A stretch of DNA of 64,000 bases from Macrostomum lignano. Its lineage: Eukaryota. The notes under the pieces are model-generated. The model worked only from the letters and a program-made list of their open reading frames with translations. It ran no database searches and was not told where the DNA came from. A program made the position numbers and the translations under genes. The stretch lies in NCBI GenBank assembly GCA_002269645.1, contig NIVC01000899.1, forward strand, positions 53,125 through 117,124, given 5' to 3'. This document shows, in pieces, positions 47,857 through 60,543 of this stretch. Positions within the stretch are counted from its first letter, which is position 1, and every line of letters starts with the position of its first letter.

Positions 47857-48048
47857 GGCCGTATGCAGAAAGCTTAGTCCAGACTAGCTAGTCCGGACTT
47901 GGGTAGTTCAGTCTATAGTCTATGGTCTAGCTACCTTAGTTCTGTCTATAGTAGACCGGTCTAACTTTGTGTTTCTGCATACCAAATCCAAGTCCAGACT
48001 AGCTTTTCAAGACCGGATTACCCTAGACAGAGCTTTCTGCATACGGCC
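47857..48048. mobile_element. MITE-like element with 18-bp perfect TIRs
   Basis: ggccgtatgcagaaagct (47857-47874) and agctttctgcatacggcc (48031-48048). No clear TSD. Confidence 0.55.
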
Positions 48049-48710
48049 CATTGTTATTATTTTTAATCTATAGCCCAACCCATGCAAGGAGGAATAGAAT
48101 AGATTGCTAATCTACGCTCGTATTTGCTATAGAATTGGATGTCTACTCAATTCATCCCTGACTTAATCCACCTTCGTAAAACACTCCTCCATACTTCAGA
48201 TACCGTGCCGCTTCAAGTTTTACAGAAGTCAGTTGTTGCGAAATCAACCGCCATTTCAAGCAATTGCGACTGCCGTGCAGCCTTGAAGCCACTTTACCAT
48301 GCAAATTTCTGTTTTTCTCGGGCAAAAGAAGGGAAATTGGAATAAAAGAATCGAAAAAGTGTTTATCCACCGAGGCACAACCGTGACCGCGGGAATTCTT
48401 CAGCCGAAGGAAGGCCATTTTACTTCTCCGTCTTGCCTCTCCGAGATCATTGAAAGACAAGGCAAACAAGGAGGCCGGGCCCATTTGCATATCTGATGGC
48501 CCCTCCTGGGAGTTTCTCGTTTATGCTTTAAGGCACCCGAGTGGAACTAAAAATACTACTAAGAGTTTGTTTGCCTCGCCAAGCCCCGACAGCCGCAATC
48601 TCTTAATCTCTCTAGATTTTCCCAAGCTCTACTGCTCAATTTCCTTCTCATACGTTGCCTCTTTCCCGCCGTCTCAGTTTCTATTGACTTCCAATGCTTA
48701 GCTGGTGCGG

Positions 48711-49030
48711 GTCGGGCCAGCTCAGCGGTAAACGCGTCTGACTTTTGCGCCAGCGACCCCTGGTTCGATTCCACATCCGGATACACAACCCAGCCACATT
48801 AATTTGCGCTTGAAAATTGACTGGGTGTCTTCGTGCGATTCAGACCTATGAGGGCCAACTCCCAAGGCACAGGGAGTGTAGGAGGCACAGAGAGGGTCGC
48901 AGTACACCCTGTTTGAGCGTGTGCATGAGTGCTGTGCCTGCGTACAGTACTGGCGCGCTTGCATGCGCTCAGTGGAATGGGCCGAATTGCCTCAGCGCTG
49001 GTTGTTGGACCATGTCGCCGAAGGCAACTT
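48711..49030 (+). mobile_element. tRNA-derived SINE copy
   Basis: gctcagcggtaaacgcg head, B-box ggttcgattcc (48762-48772), then gagggcc..cccaaggcacag core and the shared 3' part. Confidence 0.72.
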
Positions 49031-49839
49031 TCCTGCGAATATTGTTAGTATTATTATTACTAATATTATTACTACGAGCTATATTATTATGAGCGTATTA
49101 TTATGCTTAGATTGTGCAGAACACTTTGTTAACTGCCAAGTTTAGCTATTAACAAACGAACTTATAGTTACTACAGAAAGCTCATGTCTGCCTAGTTCAT
49201 GGATATCAATAGTTAGCATCTGGACTGAAAGCGTGGGAAACTACAGCCGCAAACTTAAGACCAGGATTTAGTCAGATTTTGGGGGAAATTACAAAATACT
49301 TTTTCCGATTCAAAAGTGAATTGCGTCCAGTCGGAGTAACAGCGAGGGTTGCGGGTGTGCAAATAGTTTTCCAGACCATCTGGGTACGGATGAATTCGAA
49401 AATAGATTATTTGTAAAGATACCTCTGGCACCTGGCAGTAAAGCGGAATGCCAGTGGGTAAGAGGGGACAATAAAGTGCAGCGGATGCTGGAGGTTGTTA
49501 GGGGGTGTCCTGGGTAGCGAGTTTCCTCTTTTACCCCGCAATCCGGAGATTCTGTCAGGCGCTGGCATGAAAAATGATGCAGAAAACATTCCACAAGGAT
49601 CTGGCACACCAAACCACCAACAAGTACCGCTTTTTGAGGGCAACCCGGATCGTCCCGCTCTGGAAAGTGCAGTTAAATTCCTTCCGACAGTTGCTGCCAG
49701 CGTACAAAAAATACCTAACTGGATAACTATTGGTGGTTCAACGGGCCCAGAGACTATGCATGCGATGTAATATTTTCTGTATTCTTTAATAAACTGCCGT
49801 ACCAGACTTAATATCACACCGCAGGATCCATCCCGACCG

Positions 49840-50927
49840 CCCCTGAGGTCTCGGTCCACCCGTGTTTGCCGCTATCCCTGAGGTCTCGGTCCACCTGTGA
49901 GTGCCGCTATCCCTGAGGTCTCGGTCCACCTGTGAGTGCCGCTATCCCTGAGGTCTCGGTCCACCTGTGAGTGCCGCTATCCCTGAGGTCTCGGTCCACC
50001 TGTGAGTGCCGCTATCCCTGAGGTCTCGGTCCTCTGTGAGTGCCGCTACCCCTGAGGTCTCGGTCCACCCGTGAGTGCCGCTATACCTGAGGTCTCGGTC
50101 CTCTGTGAGTGCCGCTATACCTGAGGTCTCGGTCCTCTGTGAGTGCCGCTACCCCTGAGGTCTCGGTCCACCCGTGAGTGCCGCTATACCTGAGGTCTCG
50201 GTCCTCTGTGAGTGCCGCTATACCTGAGGTCTCGGTCCTCTGTGAGTGCCGCTACCCCTGAGGTCTCGGTCCACCCGTGAGTGCCGCTACCCCTGAGGTC
50301 TCGGTCCACCCGTGAGTGCCGCTATCCCTGAGGTCTCGGTCCACCTGTGAGTGCCGCTACCCCTGAGGTCTCGGTCCTCTGTGAGTGCCGCTACCCCTGA
50401 GGTCTTGGTCCACCCGTGAGTGCCGCTACCCCTGAGGTCTCGGTCCACCCGTGAGTGCCGCTACCCCTGAGGTCTCGGTCCACACGTGAGTGCCGCTACC
50501 CCTGAGGTCTCGGTCCACACGTGAGTGCCGCTATACCTGAGGTCTCGGTCCTCTGTGAGTGCCGCTACCCCTGAGGTCTTGGTCCACCCGTGAGTGCCGC
50601 TATCACTGAGGTCTCGGTCCACCTGTGAGTGCCGCTACCCCTGAGGTCTCGGTCCTCTGTGAGTGCCGCTACCCCTGAGGTCTCGGTCCTCTGTGAGTGC
50701 CGCTATCCCTGAGGTCTCGGTCCACCCGTGAGTGCCGCTAACCCTGAGGTCTCGGTCCACCTGTGAGTGCCGCTACCCCTGAGGTCTCGGTCCACCCGTG
50801 AGTGCCGCTACCCCTGAGGTCTCGGTCCACCCGTGAGTGCCGCTAACCCTGAGGTCTCGGTCCTCTGTGAGTGCCGCTATCCCTGAGGTCTCGGTCCACC
50901 TGTGAGTGCCGCTACCCCTGAGGTCTT
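49840..50927. repeat. 35-bp minisatellite (ccctgaggtctcggtccacccgtgagtgccgctac) with 33-bp variants
   Basis: About 30 tandem units. Confidence 0.96.
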
Positions 50928-51939
50928 GTACCTCGATCGGAACTAGTAGTCGAAGAACGGGGAACATTGAATAAGAAATCATTTCAAAGATTGTGCTCTA
51001 TTTGATAGAAGTTATATAGAATGATGACCGTTGGATCAGCATCCAGGATAAGACAGGATAATAACAGCAAGTATTGTGCTCAAATATAAAAGGTTCCTGT
51101 TCCGGTATTTTTCAAAAGACACAAGCTAATAAGATACCGGGGCTGCTGCAGGTACAGTACTGGAATTACAAGCAATACATTATGAAAACTGGATCTTCTC
51201 CAACAACTCAAGCATTTGCCACACCGGATTCTCAGCTAGCTGCTGCTCACTTACGGGTCAGTTGACTCGAACTCTCACTCCTTCATCAGTCAGCAGGGAG
51301 CCGGGCCCGAATGAATAATTAATAAGTCCTTTGCCAGAGAGTTTCTCTTCGAGAGACTCAGAACTGTCAGGATTCGCAAACACAGAGGGACAGAGAAGAG
51401 AGAGTATAGTGCTCAGCGGTGGAAAACGATATGAAGGTCTGTCGGGCAGTGGACAGCGCGGGCGGGTGAGCCGGGGTTAGGGCTGCTCCCTGGGAATCAA
51501 TAATATACGGCCAAGCCTGAACACCTAAGGCACTTTGTGGGCACGGATTTCGGCAGGAGAGGGGAGCTGCAGCCCAGTATTATTACAGACACGAGCCCAC
51601 CTCTTAAGTAGACAAGTAGACGACAATGACACGTTTCAGGTTGAATAGTACGAGTTTTTGTTCATGTCAGCGCACAAATGAGCTCAGATTTGCAAGCATG
51701 TACGCGGCCACGAAATTGAGTTAGCAAGCGAGTCCTTGGAGATATCGGGTGGCACAATGACAATTTCCTGGCCCGCTGCGCACAGATTTTCTCATTCTCT
51801 TCTTTCTCTCTCGTCCACAAAATCCCAGTAAGTACTGCCATTCGTGACTGTGAGTCTTGAGATCCCCCTGCTGGTTGAGTAGCGCTGCAAACTGCCTGGT
51901 CAGCGAGTGCACTTTAAAATCAGATCTCAACTGATTTAA

Positions 51940-52720
51940 CTGATTGCAGCAGCAGCTACCCAGCCTCCATCTGTAAACACTGATCTATGCAGCAGTATCC
52001 ATTGCAGCTGCAGCTACCCAGCCTCAGTCTGTAAACACTCTATGCAGCAGTATCCATTGCAGCTGCAGCTACCCAGCCTCAGTCTGTAAACACTGATCTA
52101 TGCAGCAGTATCCATTGCAGCTGCAGCTACCCAGCCTCCATCTGTAAACACTGATCTATGCAGCAGTATCCATTGCAGCTGCAGCTACCCAGCCTCAGTC
52201 TGTAAACACTCTATGCAGCAGTATCCATTGCAGCTGCAGCTACCCAGCCTCAGTCTGTAAACACTGATCTATGCAGCAGTATCCATTGCAGCTGCAGCTA
52301 CCCAGCCTCAGTCTGTAAACACTCTATGCAGCAGTATCCATTGCAGCTGCAGCTACCCAGCCTCAGTCTGTAAACACTCTATGCAGCAGTATCCATTGCA
52401 GCTGCAGCTACCCAGCCTCAGTCTGTAAACACTCTATGCAGCAGTATCCATTGCAGCTGCAGCTACCCAGCCTCAGTCTGTAAACACTCTATGCAGCAGT
52501 ATCCATTGCAGCAGCAGCTACCCAGCCTCAATCTGTAAACACTCTATGCAGCAGTATCCATTGCAGCTGCAGCTACCCAGCCTCAGTCTGTAAACACTCT
52601 ATGCAGCAGTATCCATTGCAGCTGCAGCTACCCAGCCTCAGTCTGTAAACACTCTATGCAGCAGTATCCATTGCAGCTGCAGCTACCCAGCCTCAGTCTG
52701 TAAACACTCTATGCAGCAGT
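51940..52720. repeat. 55-bp minisatellite with 58-bp variants
   Basis: Unit cagcctcagtctgtaaacactctatgcagcagtatccattgcagctgcagctacc, about 14 copies. Confidence 0.96.
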
Positions 52721-55281
52721 GCCCACTCAAGGCAGCACTTTCAGCTTCTTTCAATCAAAATTCAACAGCCAGCACCTATTGCTTGCGTGCACTCACGGTT
52801 TTATTCTGCCTTAATGTGCGAAGCCCCAGTTGCTTAGGCAGTCCTTCCTATCGTGTGTTGGAGCAGTGATATAGTCTCGATGAAGGCAAGGATGCTGAAT
52901 GTATGATTTGACCCTGCAATTGACCATGCACTGGCCTGGGTGAAGATAAGAATACTGGAAGAAAGTGTTAATAAACCATGGCAGCTGCAGCAAGGACTGG
53001 GGAAGAAGCTGCTGCATGGGATGGCCACCAATGACGGCGCCTTCCCTTAGCTAGCCGCAGGATCTGACGCACACGCAGGCGAATACGAGCTGTGAATCCC
53101 AGATCAGCGCGTGAGGGGGGAGGGAAATAAGTGGATAGGAGGTGGGCCAGCCCATGATCCTGGCGTAGACCGACCTCTGACTCGGGAAATCAGATGGGAA
53201 ATGAAAACAGGAGTGATTTTGAACTCAGTCCATTGTGATCGCAGCTTGATGCAGCTGGATGCTGATTCAGGAAGAAAGACACATTGAACCACAATTTGAC
53301 GGTAATCGACTGTCCCAAGAGATGTTTCAGGAAGCAATTTCTGGGTTTTATCGAAGCAAAATGTAGTCAAGCTACAAACGGAAACGCATGTCTAATAGAC
53401 TAACCCTTGGTCTGCGAAAATATTCAGGTGGTCTCACCGAGAAATCGAAGTGTTCAGTGACGCAGTTTTTCACAAAAAATCAACACATTTTAAAGCTCGT
53501 CGGAAAAAATGTGCTTTGAAATCGCTGGCTTCCTCTGCAATAATCAGCAATTAGTATGGCAAAAGGAAGAGTTAAATGGAAAGATTGAATTCGTATAAAT
53601 GCTTAATGCAGCGCCCCGGTCGCCAGGTTGCAAGCCACGCAGAAAGCAAAACTCCAATCTGGGCGGTGCGCACTTTCTTCGCGCTTCTTTTGATACTTGG
53701 TAGAAATGAAATATTCATGAACTAAATAACAATTCTCAGTTTTAGGTGTGCGCTATTAACAGAGACATTGCAGGGTATCGGCAGTAAGGCCTCAATGGAA
53801 TCCAAGACACTTACACTCGAAACTGTGCGTAGAGCGAGTCCGCATTCAGCATCTGAGCTTCATTGTGAATTCAGCCTGAAATTCTGGGGTGGCCAATTGA
53901 TCTGCCATTGGAGGGTTCTGTCTAGCTACTAAACAAACAGGTGAATATAAACTCAGGCCTTACCAATAGAGAAGTGTTGGCAGTGCAAAAATGACGTTAA
54001 AATGACGTATGATTCTTCATTATCCGCACCTGCCGAAGGGGTCACGTGAACTTAGGAAAGTAGCAAAGATCTGTTTTTCTAGGTGAGACCGCAAGTTCCA
54101 AACCTATACCGAGTCTATGCTTTGAGAAGCTCTCTTAGAGTCTTTCCCCTGGGGGATAGCAAGACGAGGGAAGGGGTGATTTTTTCAGGATCAGTGGAAA
54201 GTGCTCGGAGAAGCGAGGAATTCGATTCCTTGACGGGTTGCGGGAGCTTGGCTGAGCTGGGCAGGGAAAGGCGGATGAGAGAGAAGTTGTAAGTGGCCGA
54301 TAGGGTGCAAGGGCACACAAGCAGCTTTCAGCACAGTGGAACTGCTTTGCGCGTGTCTGCGGGGTGTAGGGGGGGTTGAACAGGGCAGGGAGGTCGGTGA
54401 GAGACCTCGCGAACTGCAGCAAGCTATACGCGGCAGGGCGTCTCCGCAGTGCAGGAGGCATGCACGCTGTGGAGTACCGCACTGGCAGCACTCGCTCATG
54501 AGCGAACAGCCATAGCTCGCGTAATTGCTTTAAACTGCGCCCGCCCCTCCCGAAGTCATTCGACTAAGATTTAGAAATACAGACGGAGACTCAGGCGAAG
54601 GCGGGAAGAGGATTCAGGGCGGGGGGAGGGAGAAAAGACAGAGCCGCGTATTAGCAGCTTGTACAGCTGGGCGGGCCCAGCGCACCCCGTCTGTTTGAAC
54701 CTACTGCTTCACATGTCAGAATTAGAATCAGAGACAATCATAGCCGGAGCATGCATTCCCTGAGCGAAGAAAGGCAATCATTTTAGCATGGGGCAAAAAA
54801 TTGACCCAGATTCAGAGATTGAAAAGCTAAGAATGCATTAGAAATTCAAAGATTTTTCTACCGCTCGAGACACGCACTCTGCCATTTTTTGAGAAGAGCG
54901 AATGAAATCATTGCCGAATTAATCTATCAGCTACCACAGAAAGAATCGAGGGACGTGCGAGCTAGTTGATTCATGCACAGCAAACTCTACTAAAAGTATC
55001 GAGAATTGATTGTGATATATTTTGCCTCTTCTCACCATTTACAGCAACCAGACCGTCAACCAATCATTGAAATGCAGGGCAAATGAAATGAGGAATGCAT
55101 AAAAATTTTGGGCATAACAGACAGCCGCGGGGAGACCCGACCCTTGCAAAAACCAAATTGTGTGAGTTTTAGGTATGTGATGCCAAATATGCTCAAAGCC
55201 ACATTCAGTCACGCCAGCATTAAGTGATTCGTAGATTTTAATTAGTCGATAAGCTTCAAAGCCAGACAGGCCCGCCGCTTC

Positions 55282-57470
55282 ATGTGTCTGCGAAGTTGGC
55301 AGTCAGCAGAGCGGCGCCGTCAGCAGCGCAGGCGAGAGAAGGTGGCGCGGGCCGCGGCGATGGTCCAGCTGGGCGCCGGCTGCTGCTCGGTGGCCGCCGC
55401 CCTGGCCTGCCGTTTCGACGGCTGTTTTGCCGATTTTCTTGCCGTCGGCGCCTGGACTGGCGGCTTCCAGGTGGCCTGCGGTCTACTGGCGCTGACCTTG
55501 CCACGTTGCCGCGGTTGCCGCGGCCGCACTGATTCTGACATCGGCCAGGACGGCGATGGCGACGACGAAGATGGGAGCGGATGCACCACCTCGGCGCTGA
55601 CTGGCGTGCTCGGCCTGCTGCAGCGCTCCTGGCGGTCATGGCGGCCGGAGTCTCCGCCGTTGGTCTCGCACTGGAAGCTGACTTGAGACGGCTTGCCTCG
55701 ACTAGCGAGAGCGGCGGCGATGTTGTGGAACGATGCAGCGGCGTCGATAGGCGAACAGCTCTGCTGGCGCTCGGACTCTGCACCCAGGCTGTACAGGTGA
55801 GCTCTGCCAGTCCGTTCCAGTTTTTTTAAGAATATTTGGGTACTTCAGTAACCATGCAATGCCCCTGACATTCAAAGGAAGCGTCTAGACTTTCGTGATG
55901 GGACCTTCCGAAATTCTGGCTGTCAGTCTACAAAAAATCGAACCTATAAACTCATCTACCGTTTTAAATCATTTTTTTACCTCCGAAGCTTTCTCAGGTT
56001 TGTTCACTCGTACTCTTAAGCTAGTAATCGTACTCTTAGTGGATTTCTAAACCATAACAAAAAAAATACCTGCCTCAAAAGCCTCCGCTCGAAGCGGATA
56101 GCATATAGTTCAATACACTCGTATGTACTTTTCCGAGATATCGGTAGCTACCGGGTGGATTTCTGGATGTAGTGGTTTGCATTTGCTACATCTGGGGCTC
56201 GCTTCGCAACCCAATAAAACAGTGCCGGCTTTATCACACCTTCAAGGATGCTCTGTAAAGATTGCGCATTGAAGGAAACTGTTTCACCACTTTATGACGC
56301 TAGACTGCCAGCCTTGCCTAGCCGGCATTAACGCTGTCAGCGCTTACTTCAGTAGTTCAGTAGTATTGGCTATTGCGTTGCTTGCCGAAGCAAATATGAA
56401 AGCATGAGCCGTGTTTTTTGATCCCCGAACTAGCTTGTAATGCTGAACCAAGTAGCTAATTTGCCTTAATTCAATCGACTTGTAACATGGTCAACCGTCA
56501 GTGTATAGTGAAGAGAACCTATTTGCCAGCGACGGCGTACGTCGAAATGTTGTTCGGCCAACACGAGTAGCTTATTTGTGTCACGACAGCGATGTCCACG
56601 TTGTCCAACCAAAGACGTTTCGTAGAGCCAAAACTTCCAGAGTGAACCAGACAGACAGCCCATGGTTGAAATTCTATTTATAAGAGCCGTAGCTATACCG
56701 TACACTGGGTATTCGCTGCTCAGGACCAGAAATTTAGCGAAACCATCTGTAACTGCTATTGAAGCTAGAACATACAGAGTATAATTTCATATAAAGGGCA
56801 AAAAAAGTAAGCCACAGTAGACTCGGAAGTCACAGTGTAGGAGTACATAACTTCTGAGGCATAATATGATGCATTATGAGACCGTAGAAGCCCTGCCCTT
56901 AAGTTTTTCCTTAGGCCCAGAGATATTTAGTTGACTTTGAACAACCCCCAACGTCTTTGTCACAACTTTCTTGTTTCTCGTCTCGTTGGTTGTTCCAGTT
57001 GTCCCTAAGATTATCCCCGATATCTCCTCGCTGCTTCGGTTCAGGTTCCCGCAGGCTGCGCCCTTTTTGCCCTGTCCCTCGTACGCCGAACTGAAGACGG
57101 CGAGGCTGAAGACCATGACGATGAAGACAACGACGAGGAGAAAGCTGGCAACTTCGAGCGATCTCGAAACAGTCGACGGATGGTAGGCGGTCCCTCGTCT
57201 GCAGACAGCGCTGTAGACGACGCAGAAGTCAGCGAGCGGCTTTTAAGCAACTTTGGCGGCGGATTCCGGGGCAGTCTGGATGAAGCGGGAGAGGATGCCA
57301 CAGGCAGCAGGAACGGGGCGGAGTGGATACCTTTGGACAACAGGCCCGCGTCGGCTCTGGTGCTGGCGAACGCTAGCGCAGAGGAGGCCGCTATTTGCAC
57401 TTGCTCGTCCAGGTCAGCTTCAGTTCGAGTCGCTCTGGCCTCTCCAGCCTCCACCCGGCGGATGCTTTGA
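55282..57470 (+). CDS. Predicted four-TM membrane protein (MS4A/CD20-like topology), two exons, apparent frameshift near 55620
   Basis: Hydrophobic segments VQLGAGCCSVAAALAC, FLAVGAWTGGFQVACGLLAL and SALTGVLGLL lie in one frame; ALLAVMAAGVSAVGLAL and ALLALGLCTQAVQ lie in another. Donor 55797 (gtgagc) to acceptor 57044 completes the last helix (VPAGCALFALSLV), followed by an acidic tail ending at TGA 57470. Family assignment is from topology only. Confidence 0.55.
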
Positions 57471-57825
57471 TTGATGATTGATGCTGTGATTGACGCTTTG
57501 ATTGATGATTGATGCTGTGATTGATGCTTTGATTGATGATTGATGCTGTGATTGATGCTTTGATTGATGATTGATGCTTTGATTGATGATTGATGCTGTG
57601 ATTGATGCTGTGATTGATGCTTTGATTGATGATTGATGCTTTGATTGATGATTGATGCTTTGATTGATGACTGATTCTGTGATTGATGTTGTGATTGATA
57701 CCCTGATTGATGTTGTGATTGATGCTGTGATTGATGTTGTGATTGATGCTGTGATTGATGCTGTGATTGATGCTGTGATTGATGCTGTGATTGATGCTGT
57801 GATTGATGCTGTGATTGATGCTGTA
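57465..57825. repeat. Compound micro/minisatellite built on gatgctgtgatt (12 bp) and tgat
   Basis: Begins at the stop codon of the four-TM gene. The INHS ORF is a by-product. Confidence 0.93.
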
Positions 57826-58294
57826 ATTGGTGCTGAGTGATGCTGATGAATCCATTAAGGGGCTTCTAACTCCTAAAAACAAGGTTTTAGCATTGGTTCA
57901 GTTTTTTGAACTGATTGAACTTCGAATGCTCCCTTATGTTCGCATCCTCTTATGTAATATTTTGTATACTAGCACTAAATAGTAAATAACTTTATCAACC
58001 GCTGAACTTCTGAACTGTGAATGTCGAAAAGTAACGTTTAAAGACAGAAAAAACGGACATCAACCAGATACGAGCAACTTTTCTTGCTTTCGTTTTGCAT
58101 TTTTTAAAAAATGTTTTGAATCAACTTCTGATAAAATTCTGAATCGACCTGAAGACAAAAGGTGTGCTGGCCTAATTTGCAATTCTGAAGTGAATTCAGA
58201 GTTAAAAAAACAAATGAACTTCATCATAGCTCGTAATTCTTGTTCTGCAGGCGAGAGAGAGAGGTAGAGAGAGAGCTCGCGTTTATCGAAGATA

Positions 58295-58576
58295 TACTCA
58301 GCAACATTGAAAAGTCGCCACTCTAAACGCCATGTGAGCGATTTCTCTTGGACTGTTCTGGAATAAAAGATACCAGAAAACTGATTGGTAGCTTTAATCC
58401 GTCCCACCCTCGCACACTGCTCCCCCCCCACTTCATTCCTCAACTCAAGTCTGCCGCGGCGTAGCTACGAGTAAGTTGCGTCACTGGCAAAGATTGAGAG
58501 ACTTTGCCTGCACTCTCAAAAGTGGCGATCACAGACAGAATCTTCTGTGATGGCGACTTTTCGATGTTGCTGAGTA
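58295..58576. mobile_element. MITE, 26-bp TIRs, TA target duplication (Tc1/mariner-type)
   Basis: tactcagcaacattgaaaagtcgcca (58295-58320) versus tggcgacttttcgatgttgctgagta (58551-58576), one mismatch, TA on both flanks. Confidence 0.65.
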
Positions 58577-60543
58577 TATATTTATTTTTAAAGTCATCGA
58601 TTTGAAATCGAATTGAATGAAAATTGTTAAATTTTGCCGTTTGCAAATAAATTTCCCATATGTTTCAATTAAATAAATGCGTGAGGAAAATCTTTTCAAA
58701 AAGAAAGTTCCTTTTCATTTTCCAAACTTCATAATCATGTTTCTTAGATGCCTTTTCCAGCACTGAGGAGCAGCATCAAGCCGGAAATGTGCTGTCCTTT
58801 CTTTGTACATGTTCCAGAGGAGTGATTCAGCAGGTTTGCGAACACTGGTTGCTGCAGTGCCTTATCAAAAGCTCGACAAGGATAAGCTTTTAAGGCCGGG
58901 TCACCGCACCAGACGTTTAAAGAACGGCTTGCTGATAAAGAATGATCTTAAATCACAAGATTGCTCCGCAGGATCTTGACATCCGCCTGACACTGCGAAT
59001 CCATTACTTATTCTTGCAGTTTTTTCGTGAATTTTTTCTGACTTGAAGAGCCTCTATTTGAGCAGAAATTCTCAAATAATGTTTTTTACCACAATTATTT
59101 GTAATTTTTCAGCTTTGCTCGTAAAATTGAGTTATAGCGATTTGATCCAAGTCCGCGAAAGTCCATCAGTCACCTTTTGAGACGATCGGCAAGCAATGAA
59201 GCACTGCAAGCCTCCAAGCCCTGGACGCTGGGTCCTAATAAGTTCCGACCCTGTCAAACTCAATGCCACATTAGCCAGGGAATTTCTCCCTATTCCAAGC
59301 GCTTTGCCATTCTCTCAGAGCCATCTTTCTTCCTTATAAAGTCGCTCGTATATCAGGCTGCATCTGCAAACTGCACAGGCTTTCTGTCCTTTTATCCCCA
59401 ATGCTGTTCCGGCCTTGATTTCCCAAGCGGGATTAGTCGAAGCGAAGACGAAGAGGAAAAAGGGGAAAACAGAGAGGGAGAGATTCGAGTATATCCTTTG
59501 ATCCTAGAATAGAGAATAGTTTCTTTAAAATAATGGAAAGTTTTACAGTAAATTAGCAGCTTAGTGTGCGAAGTGAACAGTGTGTTGCCCCGTTCCTTCA
59601 CAACCTCTGCGGCAGTTGCGCCTTGACCCAGCTACAGTCTTAGCGCAATACGAAAGGAAGCTCCAGCAAACCAATTTTACTGTGGAATTTGCTAATTAGA
59701 GCAATTTTTTTGTTTCATCTGCTTTGAAGGGCAGAAATATTTGACGTTTCATTTACAACCACCATGCAGTTTCGTCCTGGTATCATACTTCGGCTAGTCT
59801 TTTCTGCAGAAACAATGTCTCGAATAGTGAGTTCGTCAGTCGGGGTGTCCACTTTTCACCAAATTCAGCTGTGTGTAAAAATATAGTGATTATTTATTGC
59901 ATTTATTCCCATATTTTCTTCCGGCCGAAAACCGGAATGCCTGACAAACGGAAATATTCACTGAGCAGCATTATAAGGAGTAATGGGTTTTCCGTGAAGA
60001 ATAATACAACCCATCGGTTTACGCGTTTTAGAAAGCTTGAACAGCCAGGTGGGAACCAAAGCAGCTGATTGTTTTTTGTTCCGAAAATGAGAACAAAATT
60101 CACTTGAAAAGCCTGTGGTTGAAGTGAACAGAAATTTCTACCATTCGGTACATTAGAAATAGTGACCAACAGGTTTGAAAGAAGACTGAACATACTACTG
60201 GAAGTAGCTGAAAGCTAAGTTCGCTTTATATTTATTTTAACTTCCGACTGAAATGTCTAATAATAGAAAGTACGTCAAACTGTACACTTCTTGCTTTCTG
60301 GATTAAAAAGTTCAGACTTCAAGATCCCGAGCGTATGCTCGAGTGAGGGCCTTTCAGAACGGGCACTGATTCCCTTCTGTGACTCAGAGTATAAGGTTTG
60401 CCATAGACATAATGCAAGACATGCAGGGATTCGAGGTCTAACTAACATGCAACTGGCGCTGCTCGAGTCAACAAAACTTTGACAAGCTGTAGTCAAACGA
60501 GTAGAATTTTGCAAGCCTTCAGAGTCGATTCAGAGCTCGCATA

